This document shows, piece after piece, positions 1 to 10,313 of a stretch of DNA of 64,000 nt. Under the pieces are notes generated by a model, which was given only the letters and a program-made list of their open reading frames with translations, ran no database searches and was not told where the DNA came from. How positions within the stretch are numbered: position 1 is the stretch's first letter; each line of letters opens with the position of its first letter. Source of the stretch: a virus (Duplodnaviria; Caudoviricetes); the IMG/VR virus record IMGVR_UViG_3300042445_001485. One strand, 5' to 3'. A program made the translations under genes and the position numbers.

Positions 1-1042
1 CGATCATTTTCAGAACAACAACATCCAAGAGTGGGCCATCTATCATGATTCGCCCACTTATTTTCTGCAATTTCAACATCGTGCTCGTGCGGCATTATTG
101 CATTGGCCATTTCCCGATAATCCCGAATTTGATACGCTAGTTGATCAGTTATACGATCATTGCGAAATTATTGTAATCACAATAACTGAATTACATAATA
201 GTAGTATCAATTTTATGCGTCGATTTGACCGACCTAAGATTGTGTTTTATATTGCTGGTTTTATACAAGAACCGTTAAAGTCAGCTCAAGTAAAAAACTA
301 CATGGATTGGTTCCACACCAGCAGGCATTTTTATCGAAACTACCTGCCTGAGATCCTACAGCGAATCAAACCTGGTGCTATTGAAAATTATTTTGACATA
401 CTGTTGGGTCGTAAAAAACCACACAGGGATTATATCAATCAATATGTTACTAAAAATCTTCGTACTGAACAATATTTCCTAACCTATTTCAACGAGCACG
501 ACATTGACTTTGCTGAAAATGAATTGCTATGGGCTTGGGAACAGCCCGGCCTTCGTTTCATTGATCGTCCAAAATGGACAGTAGACATGGTTGAATACTT
601 TGGTTTGAAGATGAGTATTAGCCAAGTAATTCCCATCGACATATACAATCGCACTGCTTATTCAGTTGTAGCAGAGACTTGCTACTCAAACGAGTTTGTA
701 TTCTTTACTGAAAAAACTGCCAAGCCAATAATTGCCAGGCGTCTATTTGTTATGTTTGCCGGACAAGGGTATCTGGCACGCCTACAACAACTAGGCTTTC
801 GAACCTTTGACAGTATAATTGATGAAAGTTATGATCAAGAATCAGATCCTGTTCGTAGATGGGGCATGGCCTGTGATCAACTACTATTGTTAACACAAAA
901 ACCTCAGGACCAAGTATTAACACAGATAAAGCCCATTGTGGATCATAATTTTAAAATTATGATGAACAGCAATTGGTATACTGATTTTAGTTCTGATTTA
1001 GAAAACCTGCTTGGTACACTTGCTGAGCAAACTCGGCGCTAG
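1..1042 (+). CDS. Glycosyltransferase-like phage protein, 5'-partial (paralog family with 8436-9572 and 36185-37273)
   Basis: Frame is open from base 2, so the gene starts before the window. C-terminal motif ET...FFTEKTAKP...GF.TF...IDESYD is shared with two other ORFs here and resembles the GT10-like C-terminus. Confidence 0.55.
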   Translation, partial: DHFQNNNIQEWAIYHDSPTYFLQFQHRARAALLHWPFPDNPEFDTLVDQLYDHCEIIVITITELHNSSINFMRRFDRPKIVFYIAGFIQEPLKSAQVKNYMDWFHTSRHFYRNYLPEILQRIKPGAIENYFDILLGRKKPHRDYINQYVTKNLRTEQYFLTYFNEHDIDFAENELLWAWEQPGLRFIDRPKWTVDMVEYFGLKMSISQVIPIDIYNRTAYSVVAETCYSNEFVFFTEKTAKPIIARRLFVMFAGQGYLARLQQLGFRTFDSIIDESYDQESDPVRRWGMACDQLLLLTQKPQDQVLTQIKPIVDHNFKIMMNSNWYTDFSSDLENLLGTLAEQTRR

Positions 1043-2030
1043 CCAGGTTCTTGCCCTTGGCCTCGCACATGATATCAAATTTCTGGCTAAATTGTGCGGC
1101 CCACTGATTGGTAGCTTGATTCCAAAAGAAATCACTGTGTGCCCGTAGTTTTTGTTTCTTGCGACCTTCTGCCAACAAGGCCTGATAGTCGGGACGCACA
1201 GTGGCATCATGTCCTACTAGGTAGTCTTCACGACTACAGGAATAATGCATAGTAGGACGTATGCCGCGCCAACTGTTAAGAATCCGTGAAATTCGGGCAT
1301 CGCCGGGATCCAAGTAATCCCCTTCTCGTATCCAATAATGATGGATGTCAAGAACAGTAGGTATAATATCGCTAAGACTGAGACAAGTATCAAGACCATG
1401 TGAATTCTCCTCGTTTTCTACGGTGATGCAGTTACGGGCCTCGGGACTGAGACGACCATGCACAGCTCGCATGCCTTCAGCACCGCGTTTGCCTGAAATA
1501 TGTATGTTGATTTTAAAATCCTGAAAAGACTTACCAAATCCCATCCACCGTGCCAGGTCTGCATGGTATTCAAATTCCAGTATGCTACGCTCCACAATCG
1601 CATCCGATTCAGAAGCCAACACACAAAATTGTCCAGGATGGAAACTAAGGCGCACACCCAGGCGTCGTGCCGCTTCACCCACAGGGGCAAATATCTTTGC
1701 ACAATGGTCTTGGATTTCTGTTCGTTGCCACCAGTCAATCCAGTCTTTCTCAGTATAACCCTGTAACATTTCGCTACCTAGTCGAACCATGCGTAAATGT
1801 GGTGCAAGACTACCCACACGCTCAACCAGTCTGGTAGCGGCAGCCGCATTGTGGTTCATGATGTCCCACTGGCGTTGGTCAGCCTCGCCCTTGTGCTCTC
1901 TGAGCCAACGCATGGTAGTTGACCTACCGTTTAGGTCACGGTCCACAGCATTGACTTTCATGCCCCCACATTCACTGGGGTCATTGAGCCATTTGCAAGC
2001 AAAACCTATTCGGGGTGTAACTGTAGTCAT
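987..2030 (-). CDS. uvsE: UV-damage endonuclease (UvsE/UVDE)
   Basis: IGFACK N-terminus, RLSFHPGQF, ENEE, LDIHH, HYS and AHSD motifs of the UVDE TIM barrel. Confidence 0.9.
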   Translation of the reverse strand: MTTVTPRIGFACKWLNDPSECGGMKVNAVDRDLNGRSTTMRWLREHKGEADQRQWDIMNHNAAAATRLVERVGSLAPHLRMVRLGSEMLQGYTEKDWIDWWQRTEIQDHCAKIFAPVGEAARRLGVRLSFHPGQFCVLASESDAIVERSILEFEYHADLARWMGFGKSFQDFKINIHISGKRGAEGMRAVHGRLSPEARNCITVENEENSHGLDTCLSLSDIIPTVLDIHHYWIREGDYLDPGDARISRILNSWRGIRPTMHYSCSREDYLVGHDATVRPDYQALLAEGRKKQKLRAHSDFFWNQATNQWAAQFSQKFDIMCEAKGKNLASAEFAQQVYQAGFLNQN

Positions 2031-2036
2031 ACTTGT

Positions 2037-2065
2037 ATTATATACATACTTTATTTTATTGTCAA
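2037..2065 (-). promoter_or_regulatory. sigma70-type promoter of uvsE
   Basis: TTGACA (2065-2060), 17 nt spacer, TATAAT (2042-2037), then 6 nt (ACAAGT) to the ATG at 2030. Confidence 0.9.
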
Positions 2066-2499
2066 CTGTAGATCCACCCTAAATGTTCCTTTTGGTGTAA
2101 CCAAGTAAAAATAGGTACCGTAAATGCCAATTCCCATCTGCCATTCCATCCCAAATGGGTCGCACCCCGAAGTATTTGATCCAGACTACTTTGTGAGTCT
2201 GCCCAAGGTTGTGGATAGTTGGGTGTATATGTTCCAGACCATTTTAGCCTGTCAGTTGTGATTCCTTCTACCGAGACCGAATCTACAACAACCATCATGT
2301 CTGGGGTGTCGTTGGTTTTGTTGGCAAACTCAAAGAAGAACCTGTGTGCTGTTGTAGATAAGTCTAGACTAAAGTGTAGCGTTACCTCATTGTCGATGAA
2401 AATTTTATTACATACTTCATTGTCTATGCCATAGGTAATCTCGGGACGACCCACACCCCGTAATGTAACAGCAAAGCTAGTATTATACTTGGTATCCAT
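2062..2499 (-). CDS. Hypothetical protein
   Basis: 145-aa ORF coupled to the upstream radical SAM gene. Confidence 0.7.
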   Translation of the reverse strand: MDTKYNTSFAVTLRGVGRPEITYGIDNEVCNKIFIDNEVTLHFSLDLSTTAHRFFFEFANKTNDTPDMMVVVDSVSVEGITTDRLKWSGTYTPNYPQPWADSQSSLDQILRGATHLGWNGRWELAFTVPIFTWLHQKEHLGWIYS

Positions 2500-3775
2500 G
2501 CTCTAATAAAAATTCTCGGTACTCGGGATAAATCTCTCGAGCATCCAATTTGAACTCGTTGTCCCATCTGGCCAACCAATGTATCAACTGCTCTCGTAAT
2601 TCTACAACATTGTCAGGTTCAGGTGCAGACAACATATTGATAACGGTTTCTGTGTGTCTGGCCAACATTTGTTCTATGTTGGCTACATTTCTTCCTGTGG
2701 TAAGTCCAACACGATCCGGAACCAGTTCAGTTAACTGTGCAAGTAGTTCTGTATATTTGGGAATCAAACCAGTTCTAATTTCCAAAGGCAATACACAGAT
2801 TTGTAAATATTCTGGTTCAGTCAACGGAATGCTTTGAATTGCCAACTTGTTTTGTAACGCCCATCTAATCAATTCATCATAGTTGTTCACGCTCAACAAT
2901 TGTGGCACTGTACGCAATACAATATTAAAAGTGTCGCTTTGATGTTGAGTCAATTCTAAAATAGTTTGCTTTACATCCGCGGTAACAGATCCTTGCCTAA
3001 TGTAATGGTTGTTGTCTTTGACACTTTCTATGCTGATTTCAATATCGCATGATCTAAATTGTTTTAGTCTAGCGACTGCTTGATCGTACAACATTGTGCC
3101 ATTGCTTACAAAACTAATGCTGATATCTGTGCGCCCCTGTGCTATTAGAAAATCCAGTAGTTCAATGAATCGTTTACTGAGCATGGGTTCGCCACCCATG
3201 AAATGTAGTCTATTTAAATGCTTGGTTTCTAGTATGCTGGTCTTAAAAGATTCCCAGGCTTGATCGTCCGCAGTCCAATTACGATTGGCAGTCGCATCTA
3301 TTAGTTTCCATTTTTGATAAATGCTACTAATCTTACTGCTGGCTCTAGGATAGCACATCTTACAGGCCAGGTTACACTCATTGCCCAAGTCTATGTGCCA
3401 ATCAACAGGCTGTCGATCTGTTACAGTAGCAAATGCATCACGCATGGGACTTTGAATATAACTGCGTTCGAATGCCCGCTCTGTAAAGATTACAGTTTTA
3501 AAGTTTTCACGGATGCGTCGACTTTCGTGCCCGTGTGCTTCTTCTTTGTAACAGTCCCTACAACCATTGATGGGTTCTGCTCCTTGGATAGCCCGACGCT
3601 TGGCCTGCATGGGCACAGAGTTGTACCACTGACCCACTGTCATGTTTTTAATATTGTATTGTGCAGGATCTGTGTGTGGCTGTTCTCGTTCACTGCAACA
3701 CAGGCCAAAACTGCCGTCCCAATAGATATGTGTATTCGTCCAAGGAACGCTACAAAATATTCGCTGATCAGGCAT
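2483..3775 (-). CDS. Radical SAM protein with N-terminal Cys-rich (twitch/SPASM-like) region
   Basis: CNLACKMC (CxxxCxxC), GGEP, N-terminal CSVPW..CC..CRDC. Confidence 0.85.
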   Translation of the reverse strand: MPDQRIFCSVPWTNTHIYWDGSFGLCCSEREQPHTDPAQYNIKNMTVGQWYNSVPMQAKRRAIQGAEPINGCRDCYKEEAHGHESRRIRENFKTVIFTERAFERSYIQSPMRDAFATVTDRQPVDWHIDLGNECNLACKMCYPRASSKISSIYQKWKLIDATANRNWTADDQAWESFKTSILETKHLNRLHFMGGEPMLSKRFIELLDFLIAQGRTDISISFVSNGTMLYDQAVARLKQFRSCDIEISIESVKDNNHYIRQGSVTADVKQTILELTQHQSDTFNIVLRTVPQLLSVNNYDELIRWALQNKLAIQSIPLTEPEYLQICVLPLEIRTGLIPKYTELLAQLTELVPDRVGLTTGRNVANIEQMLARHTETVINMLSAPEPDNVVELREQLIHWLARWDNEFKLDAREIYPEYREFLLEHGYQV

Positions 3776-3776
3776 G

Positions 3777-5033
3777 TTACTCTATTATGCCAAAGTTAGC
3801 CCAGCGAGCTTGCCCTAAACTAACCCACCCAAGCGGGCCACCAATGCTGGGATTACTGTTGAACACAATTGATCCTTTTTCGGTATCGTTATTGGGTGGA
3901 GTAGGCGATGTGCTAATACTAGTTGTTCCTAGTTGTAGTCGTGGAATAGTCACAGATCCATCGGTGTTCAACAACAAGTTAGATTTACCATTGGTCCCGA
4001 TGACCAATAACTGGTCTCTATTAGACCATATCTGTGCTACCCCTTGTTGTCGTTTGCCAATGTTAATATCAATTTCTTCTTCCCATATAGTCAGAGCACT
4101 ACTTGGTTCCATTGTATTAACACCCACTCGTTTACTTCCAGTATACAAAGTATTATATATTAAGGTTTCACCACGAACCATAAGTTCATGTAACACGCCA
4201 ACTTTTTGTAAATTACTTTCTATTATAGCATTGTCTAGTCTGTTACCAACTACTAGATCAACACCGTTTAATTTTATTTGATTAAGATCAAGTCCGTTGG
4301 CATCTATTTCGTTATATAAATGCTTACTAAATTTTGTAAACAGTTCGTCGTTTAATTCTTCTTGTACTTGCTTTTTAGCGGCACTAACCACAGTGACAAA
4401 ACCCGGACTGGTTTCTACTATAGTTCCGTTTAAAGATAAATTACCTTCAAATATGGTATTACCTTTAACAATTAGATCTTTAGTTAATAAATTATTTTCA
4501 ATTACTGTGACATCATCCATGATGGTAACACGACAACCGGTTGCTTTGTCATCTATGCCTGTGCTACCAAACTCTGTAATGATGCCGCCTTTGACTGTAT
4601 CTCCGCTGATTGTACCTACTTGTTTAATTGCGGTACTGTTGATACTTTCGTTGGGGAATGTAAAATCTTTTAATTTACTGTCGATAATGGATGTTAATGC
4701 AGAAGCAATAGCTCCATTAAAATCTATACTGCTGATTCTAGCTGTTATTGCTTCATTAACCAATCTCGACGCGGTATTGGAGATATTATCTACAATGGCC
4801 TTTGTTGATGCGGCAAGTTGTTTATCAATTTCACCCAACTTTGGTTTATATTGTACCGCGGCAACTCGGGCCTCAGCCTTTGCGGCTTCATCCACCCGTG
4901 CGGCAACATTTATTGCATCAAGTTGTCTATTGATTGTATCTTGTAGACTGTTATTGACTTTAGCTGATACTTCTTTAAGTATCTGTTGCGAAAGATTGTC
5001 AACTAAGCCAGATAGTATATTGTTAGATTCCAT
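3777..5033 (-). CDS. Hypothetical protein, coiled-coil N-terminus and beta-repeat C-terminus (possibly virion)
   Basis: 418-aa ORF; RVGVNT..P..AL motif typical of phage fibre-like proteins. Confidence 0.55.
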   Translation of the reverse strand: MESNNILSGLVDNLSQQILKEVSAKVNNSLQDTINRQLDAINVAARVDEAAKAEARVAAVQYKPKLGEIDKQLAASTKAIVDNISNTASRLVNEAITARISSIDFNGAIASALTSIIDSKLKDFTFPNESINSTAIKQVGTISGDTVKGGIITEFGSTGIDDKATGCRVTIMDDVTVIENNLLTKDLIVKGNTIFEGNLSLNGTIVETSPGFVTVVSAAKKQVQEELNDELFTKFSKHLYNEIDANGLDLNQIKLNGVDLVVGNRLDNAIIESNLQKVGVLHELMVRGETLIYNTLYTGSKRVGVNTMEPSSALTIWEEEIDINIGKRQQGVAQIWSNRDQLLVIGTNGKSNLLLNTDGSVTIPRLQLGTTSISTSPTPPNNDTEKGSIVFNSNPSIGGPLGWVSLGQARWANFGIIE

Positions 5034-5766
5034 CGAATGTTATTGAAATTACATGCTCATAATTTCGCTTGACCAAGCTCTTGTACATAAGATTTTTATG
5101 AACTAAAAAGTTACTTGCTCCTGAGTCTAAGCTGAATTTGGCTAATTGTTTGAAATACATAGTTCTGCGACTAAAAGGTCCGTGTGTTGTTAACTCATTT
5201 ATAGATTGATCAATTTCGTATACTGCTGTTTTCCATGACGCACGATCTTTAAGGTCCCAATCGTGACTTTCTATGTAGGTAGTTTTAGACAGCCCCGATC
5301 TTACCAAAACTGGTTGACTGTATTCACGGTCTTTGTAGTCTTGATTTTTATAATCCTTTAAAGTACTTATTAAAAATTCTCGGGCCAGGCTACAAAATAA
5401 TTTAATTTGGTGTTGCTGTTCTGCATCCGATTGAGCAAATGTAAAATACTCATCTAGTGCCACCACAACATCAAATCCTTTTTGATATTTGTGTAGATCT
5501 ACATAATCTATGTATCTAAATTTAACTCCGCGGTCTGTCAATGATTTTTGCGCCTCGGAACTAATTTCAGTGACTGCAATATCGCCAACAGTGGATGCAA
5601 TAATAGCTGGATTGTATCCAACAAACAAAATTGAATCAGGTGCCAGATTGTAAAAATCGTACACTCCGATTATAATTTCGTTTTTCTTGTTTATAACATC
5701 TTGTGCATGAGAGTTGCGATTAAATGCAGATAAGATACTGTCTGTATAGCTGTCAAATTCGGTCAT
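5023..5766 (-). CDS. Hypothetical protein, possible degenerate SAM-dependent methyltransferase fold
   Basis: ILFVG and FDVVVALDEYF segments resemble class I methyltransferase motifs. Confidence 0.4.
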   Translation of the reverse strand: MTEFDSYTDSILSAFNRNSHAQDVINKKNEIIIGVYDFYNLAPDSILFVGYNPAIIASTVGDIAVTEISSEAQKSLTDRGVKFRYIDYVDLHKYQKGFDVVVALDEYFTFAQSDAEQQHQIKLFCSLAREFLISTLKDYKNQDYKDREYSQPVLVRSGLSKTTYIESHDWDLKDRASWKTAVYEIDQSINELTTHGPFSRRTMYFKQLAKFSLDSGASNFLVHKNLMYKSLVKRNYEHVISITFDGI

Positions 5767-5787
5767 AGTTTTATTCTAATAATGCTA

Positions 5788-6708
5788 TTATTTAGCGACC
5801 CGAACCAAATCCAATGTAACACAATGAAACCCACCTCCCAGTGTACGACTGTGGCGTAGCTCCAAGGGAATGACTGTAAATTTATAACTCTCAAGAGACT
5901 TGATCAATTCTGTTTGATGTCGATCTACAATAACTGTATGTTGATCTACCACCAGCATGTTCATGGCAATCCACTTGCTGGCATAGGGATATTGATAGAA
6001 GTCTTGTGTCACCACATCATTGATCCATATCTTGTGCCATCCATCAAATGCACGGGGTACGGTGTCTGCGGTGACACGACTTCCGTTCAGCATTACCAGA
6101 CCTGGTCTCAAGGGAACTATGGTGCTGTCAATGTGTACTCCACTGTAGAAGTTACATAATTCGATGCTGGTGGTTGGGGGCAAGTTGGCCAATAGCCAAT
6201 AGTATGCCAGCCGATTGCCACTGGCACTTTCTAAGTACAGTAATTTATTCTCACCCAGTCGTAATATATTGGCCGCATCCAACACAAGTCCTTGATCTCT
6301 AGGCATGTGTAAGACCCGAGCATCTCGAAGTATGTCGTGATAACATTGTAGTTCCATATCCCTGCAGGGATACATCATTGGTGTGTCCACTACTGTATCA
6401 CCTAGCACTAATAATCTATCTCGGGGGCAGTAGTTATACATGCCATCGTGAGTTTGAAAGTTTAACGGGTCAGGTCGTACGACTTCAACACCCAGACTTG
6501 TCAATGTCGTGGCCAGTGTATCTAAGTCTTCGTTAGTTTCTTCTATTATGCGTTGTGGGACAGGGCCTCGTGGCACCGGAGTTTCTTTCCAAGTGGTCTT
6601 TTCGCTCTCTTTGTTAAAAACAGGATCGTTAACTGGCCAATTGGCATCGGTAGCATCACCAACTACAACTCTTTTTAAACTATCCCATTCATTCCATGTT
6701 GATATCAT
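5788..6708 (-). CDS. Amidinotransferase (glycine/inosamine-phosphate amidinotransferase family)
   Basis: WNEWD.LK.VVVG, CPRD, DAAN, HIDST and GGGFHCVTLD (catalytic Cys) motifs. Confidence 0.9.
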   Translation of the reverse strand: MISTWNEWDSLKRVVVGDATDANWPVNDPVFNKESEKTTWKETPVPRGPVPQRIIEETNEDLDTLATTLTSLGVEVVRPDPLNFQTHDGMYNYCPRDRLLVLGDTVVDTPMMYPCRDMELQCYHDILRDARVLHMPRDQGLVLDAANILRLGENKLLYLESASGNRLAYYWLLANLPPTTSIELCNFYSGVHIDSTIVPLRPGLVMLNGSRVTADTVPRAFDGWHKIWINDVVTQDFYQYPYASKWIAMNMLVVDQHTVIVDRHQTELIKSLESYKFTVIPLELRHSRTLGGGFHCVTLDLVRVAK

Positions 6709-7223
6709 ACATGCCCTGTAATTTGTAATGTGTAGCGCGGTTCCAATCCCATGTTGGCTGCCATATGTGGCGCATCATAACTCCACTCATTGGCCCAGCC
6801 TGCTGTCCAACCGACAAAAGGTTGATCATTATACTCAGCATAATGCCCAGGCTTCCAATCTTCTAAGAACACAACGGTACGCCGTATGGTCTGCTCTTGC
6901 CCTCGAAGTTTAAAAATATCAATATACCTCGTATACAAGTCACTGTGTGTGGGCAATATGGTTCCAGGCATCATTCTGTAGTAACTGGTGCCAACATCTT
7001 GCCAACCCAATTGTTCAAATATATTGACGAATTGTCGATTCCAGGTGGGCTGTACACTACGCATGTCACACATATCACCAGTGAACTTGTTTGCAAAACC
7101 TGATTCCGTCCAACGCTTCAAATTTTCATCGTCATTGAATGATTCATTGACATATGGTAACGACTTAAACTCGTCGTCCCAAAATTTGGGAATCTTATAC
7201 TTGGTTATTGCGTGTGTTACCAT
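6705..7223 (-). CDS. 2OG-Fe(II) oxygenase-like protein
   Basis: PTHSD (HxD) ... H.AAN.G..PRYTLQITG (distal His and Arg). Confidence 0.7.
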   Translation of the reverse strand: MVTHAITKYKIPKFWDDEFKSLPYVNESFNDDENLKRWTESGFANKFTGDMCDMRSVQPTWNRQFVNIFEQLGWQDVGTSYYRMMPGTILPTHSDLYTRYIDIFKLRGQEQTIRRTVVFLEDWKPGHYAEYNDQPFVGWTAGWANEWSYDAPHMAANMGLEPRYTLQITGHV

Positions 7224-8433
7224 AATGTATTACCTTAATATCGGGGTTAGTCGTCTTGTATGTTCGCCACGGATCAATGATTGTGCTACCTGATCCTATT
7301 TCACAGTACAGCGGTTGTTCAACAATATTGCCACTATAGCCATAAGTGATCTGCTGATTATGTGCCAACAAGAATACACCAATTGCAAATTGTAATTGTG
7401 TATCTTCGGCCAACGGATCAATGTAGTAAGGTTTGATACCCATTTCTTCTAGATAGTATCCCACTAGCAAACTGTAACTTCCTTCAGTATAGGCCACATT
7501 AGGTTTATATGCTTTGCCGTGAATGTAAACCGATTTATCAAGTCCCTGCTCAACAGCAACATCACGAATAAACCTTGCCATATTTTTGGCCTGTTGTTCT
7601 CTTGCTTTCATTATAGCATCAAATAAGTCATAACCCAAATCTAATTCTTCCGCAAGATAGCGCAAGGCAATATTATCCCTGGGATGACAAGGACCTGCAT
7701 CGCCCAAACCTGCAGTCATGTATTTTGGTCCCATAATACGCATTTTGCTATTGGCCAGGGCATTGGTAACTACATCTACATCGATGTTGCCTTGCTTCAT
7801 TGCTACATCTTGTATCATGTTGGCTAGTCCAAGTTTGGCACTGATAAATGTATTATAAAATACCTTGATACACTCAGCCTCATCCCAGGTGCCAACTTCG
7901 TATCGTGGATCATTTTGCATTATGGTTTTGTAAAATGTAATTAATTCTCGAGCATCGCCTGTTTCACTGCCGTCTTCTGTGCCAATAATAACCATTTCTG
8001 GATTGACCATATCCCACTCCACTGAGCCCATGGCAATTAAGTACGGATTGTAAATGAAACGAGCATTGGTAATGTTGGGTCTTAGTAGTCTACGGGTAGT
8101 ACCGGGCAGTACTGTACTAATTAACACAACCAATTGATCGGGTTGTGCCCAAGCATCAACATCTTTTAACACCTGTGTGACTTTTGTGTAGTCAAAATCT
8201 TTGTTCTTCAAGTGTGTGATAGGTTGTTCGCCTCCGTAAACAGGATCGTGCGGAGTTTGTACAGCAATAAAGATTATGTCTTGATTGACCACTGCACCAC
8301 GCAGGCTATCGGATATTCTAATCTTGTCACTTTTTCGTGGATAAATATCATACCCAGTAACTTCATGCTGAGTAGCCATTACTTCGGCGCACGACATTCC
8401 CAATTTGCCTATTCCAATAAATCCTATTTTCAT
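7195..8433 (-). CDS. UDP-glucose/GDP-mannose dehydrogenase family protein
   Basis: GFIGIGKLG Rossmann motif, AVQTP, STVLPGT, YNP, catalytic GPCHPRD, GKAYKP; SD AAAGGA before the ATG at 8433. Confidence 0.9.
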   Translation of the reverse strand: MKIGFIGIGKLGMSCAEVMATQHEVTGYDIYPRKSDKIRISDSLRGAVVNQDIIFIAVQTPHDPVYGGEQPITHLKNKDFDYTKVTQVLKDVDAWAQPDQLVVLISTVLPGTTRRLLRPNITNARFIYNPYLIAMGSVEWDMVNPEMVIIGTEDGSETGDARELITFYKTIMQNDPRYEVGTWDEAECIKVFYNTFISAKLGLANMIQDVAMKQGNIDVDVVTNALANSKMRIMGPKYMTAGLGDAGPCHPRDNIALRYLAEELDLGYDLFDAIMKAREQQAKNMARFIRDVAVEQGLDKSVYIHGKAYKPNVAYTEGSYSLLVGYYLEEMGIKPYYIDPLAEDTQLQFAIGVFLLAHNQQITYGYSGNIVEQPLYCEIGSGSTIIDPWRTYKTTNPDIKVIHYGNTRNNQV

Positions 8434-8435
8434 CA

Positions 8436-9572
8436 ATGAGTTCCTTTAATTTCGTTAGTTTTACCAATTGGTATCGAATTTTACATAGATACTTTTTTTC
8501 TAATTTAGATTTTGATCTGCACTATGTATCATCAATGCTGGATGAATCACCTTATTATCATATTTCATCCGATGGTACTAAAATAGATAACAGCAAACAT
8601 AGTATCTTGTTTTTTGACCAAGAACCTATTCACCCAGAGTTAATTCATTATGTCAGATCTGCGGCCGATTGGTATTTTACCCCAGGACGGCGTTTTTTTG
8701 TAACCAGTGAAAAGTCTAACACAGTTGATCGATATACACATGGCATGAATGCCCAAAGTATTTATTATTTCTTTCATGCCATTGCGGCAAATGAGTGGTA
8801 TCACCAATACAGATGGCGCAAACCTGTTTATAAAGATCATCAGCACCTGTATATAAGCTACAATAATCTAGTTAATCCTTACAGAGCGCATCGCATTGAT
8901 TTGCTGTGTAGATTATACAGCAAAAATCTAATAGATCAAGGGCTTGTTAGTTTTAATTCGCCCGGACAGAAATACCTGGCAAAGATAGTGGACGAATGCA
9001 CTTGGTATAGCACAAAGTCTCGAGACCTATTTCAACAACACACACATCAATTAACTAATAGAACTATCGACACAGACTCAATCGATGGCTTTCTAAGTGC
9101 CACCATTGATGTAGATCATTCAACTCAGTGCTTGCTTCAGATTGTAACCGAAACAGATTTTTACAAAGATAAATTGCATTTAACTGAAAAAGTATTTAAA
9201 CCTATAGTGAGCGGACAACCGTTTATGTTATTGGCAGGTCGAGGAAATTTAGCATACTTGCGTGAATATGGTTTTAAAACATTTGATGATTACTGGGATG
9301 AATCATATGATGACATATCTGATCCTGGTGACAGAGTGGGTGCTGTGGTAAATCAGCTAGAGCGACTTGCCAATTTGAGTCACACCCAACAACAATCAAT
9401 GCGACAAGATATGCAACATATCGTAGAACATAATTTTAATCACTTGTTCTTTGATCTAAGACTGTGCGTAGTAGCAGAACTTACAAACAACATAGCACAG
9501 GCATTGAAATTGCAAGATATTGCCTACAATCCTGCAGATTTACGCGAGCTTTACCGCCAGCTGGTCAATTAG
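8436..9572 (+). CDS. Glycosyltransferase-like phage protein (true start probably 8535)
   Basis: IVTET...LTEKVFKPI...GFKTFDDYWDESYD motif shared with two paralogs in the window. Confidence 0.55.
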   Translation: MSSFNFVSFTNWYRILHRYFFSNLDFDLHYVSSMLDESPYYHISSDGTKIDNSKHSILFFDQEPIHPELIHYVRSAADWYFTPGRRFFVTSEKSNTVDRYTHGMNAQSIYYFFHAIAANEWYHQYRWRKPVYKDHQHLYISYNNLVNPYRAHRIDLLCRLYSKNLIDQGLVSFNSPGQKYLAKIVDECTWYSTKSRDLFQQHTHQLTNRTIDTDSIDGFLSATIDVDHSTQCLLQIVTETDFYKDKLHLTEKVFKPIVSGQPFMLLAGRGNLAYLREYGFKTFDDYWDESYDDISDPGDRVGAVVNQLERLANLSHTQQQSMRQDMQHIVEHNFNHLFFDLRLCVVAELTNNIAQALKLQDIAYNPADLRELYRQLVN

Positions 9573-10311
9573 TATTGTAGATAAACTCAGCCTCGGGTAT
9601 GCGAGTTCGCCCGTCTTTACTGCCCAACACAACAACACGGCGTAATCCTCGTTCTGTTTCTACAGTTAAAACAATGCACCCACCGGCAGCATTTGTGGTT
9701 CCTGTTTTACTTACTATGAACTTATGTTTATGTCCTATTAGGGGATTGGTCTGTTTGAATACTAGCCACTTCTTTTTGTTTTTTATTGTAACCTTAGTCT
9801 TGCCGGCGGCACCAACAATTAAGTAATTTTTTTCGGCTATAGTTAATAGCTTTAACAGGTCTTCGGCTGTGCTGACATTACCAGACGATAAACCCGATGC
9901 ATCTGCAAATCGAGTATTTTCTAATCCGTATTTAATTGCCAGGTCGTTCATTGCTTCTATGCATTTTTTATAACCGCCCAAGTAGTTGTTACACAACACA
10001 TCTGCGGCATGATTGTCACTGCGTACCAATGTTATTTCTATCAACTCCTGCCTTGTTAGTCGAAGTTTTTTATTGTAAGTCAGATGTTGATCCATTAAAG
10101 GACGAGATTCCATTACAGCCAATACAGTCATAATTTTGGTAATACTACCAATGGAACGAACTGTTGTGGTATCTTTACTGGCCAAGATTCGATTGTCGGC
10201 ATCGGCCACAAGCCAGCTTTGTGCAGTGAGATCATTGGTATCAGTGATCAATTTGGCTGTTGCTGTGGTTGCCAAGGAAACAACCACCCATGTGATCCAT
10301 TTCTTCAGCAA
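9565..10311 (-). CDS. D-alanyl-D-alanine carboxypeptidase (peptidase S11, PBP5-like)
   Basis: Intact SxxK (SITK), SxN (SDN) and KTG motifs, hydrophobic signal-like N-terminus; probable TTG start at 10311. Confidence 0.85.
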   Translation of the reverse strand: MLKKWITWVVVSLATTATAKLITDTNDLTAQSWLVADADNRILASKDTTTVRSIGSITKIMTVLAVMESRPLMDQHLTYNKKLRLTRQELIEITLVRSDNHAADVLCNNYLGGYKKCIEAMNDLAIKYGLENTRFADASGLSSGNVSTAEDLLKLLTIAEKNYLIVGAAGKTKVTIKNKKKWLVFKQTNPLIGHKHKFIVSKTGTTNAAGGCIVLTVETERGLRRVVVLGSKDGRTRIPEAEFIYNTN

Positions 10312-10313
10312 TG

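Noticed and set aside
5788-6708. Archaeosine (dG+) DNA-modification pathway
   Set aside because: Wrong amidinotransferase family (not ArcS, QueF-L or GAT-QueC), and no dpdA, folE, queD, queE or queC in the window
8431-8438. Divergent genes with touching start codons
   Set aside because: Probably an ORF-calling artefact; the plus-strand gene likely starts at 8535, leaving about 100 bp for promoters
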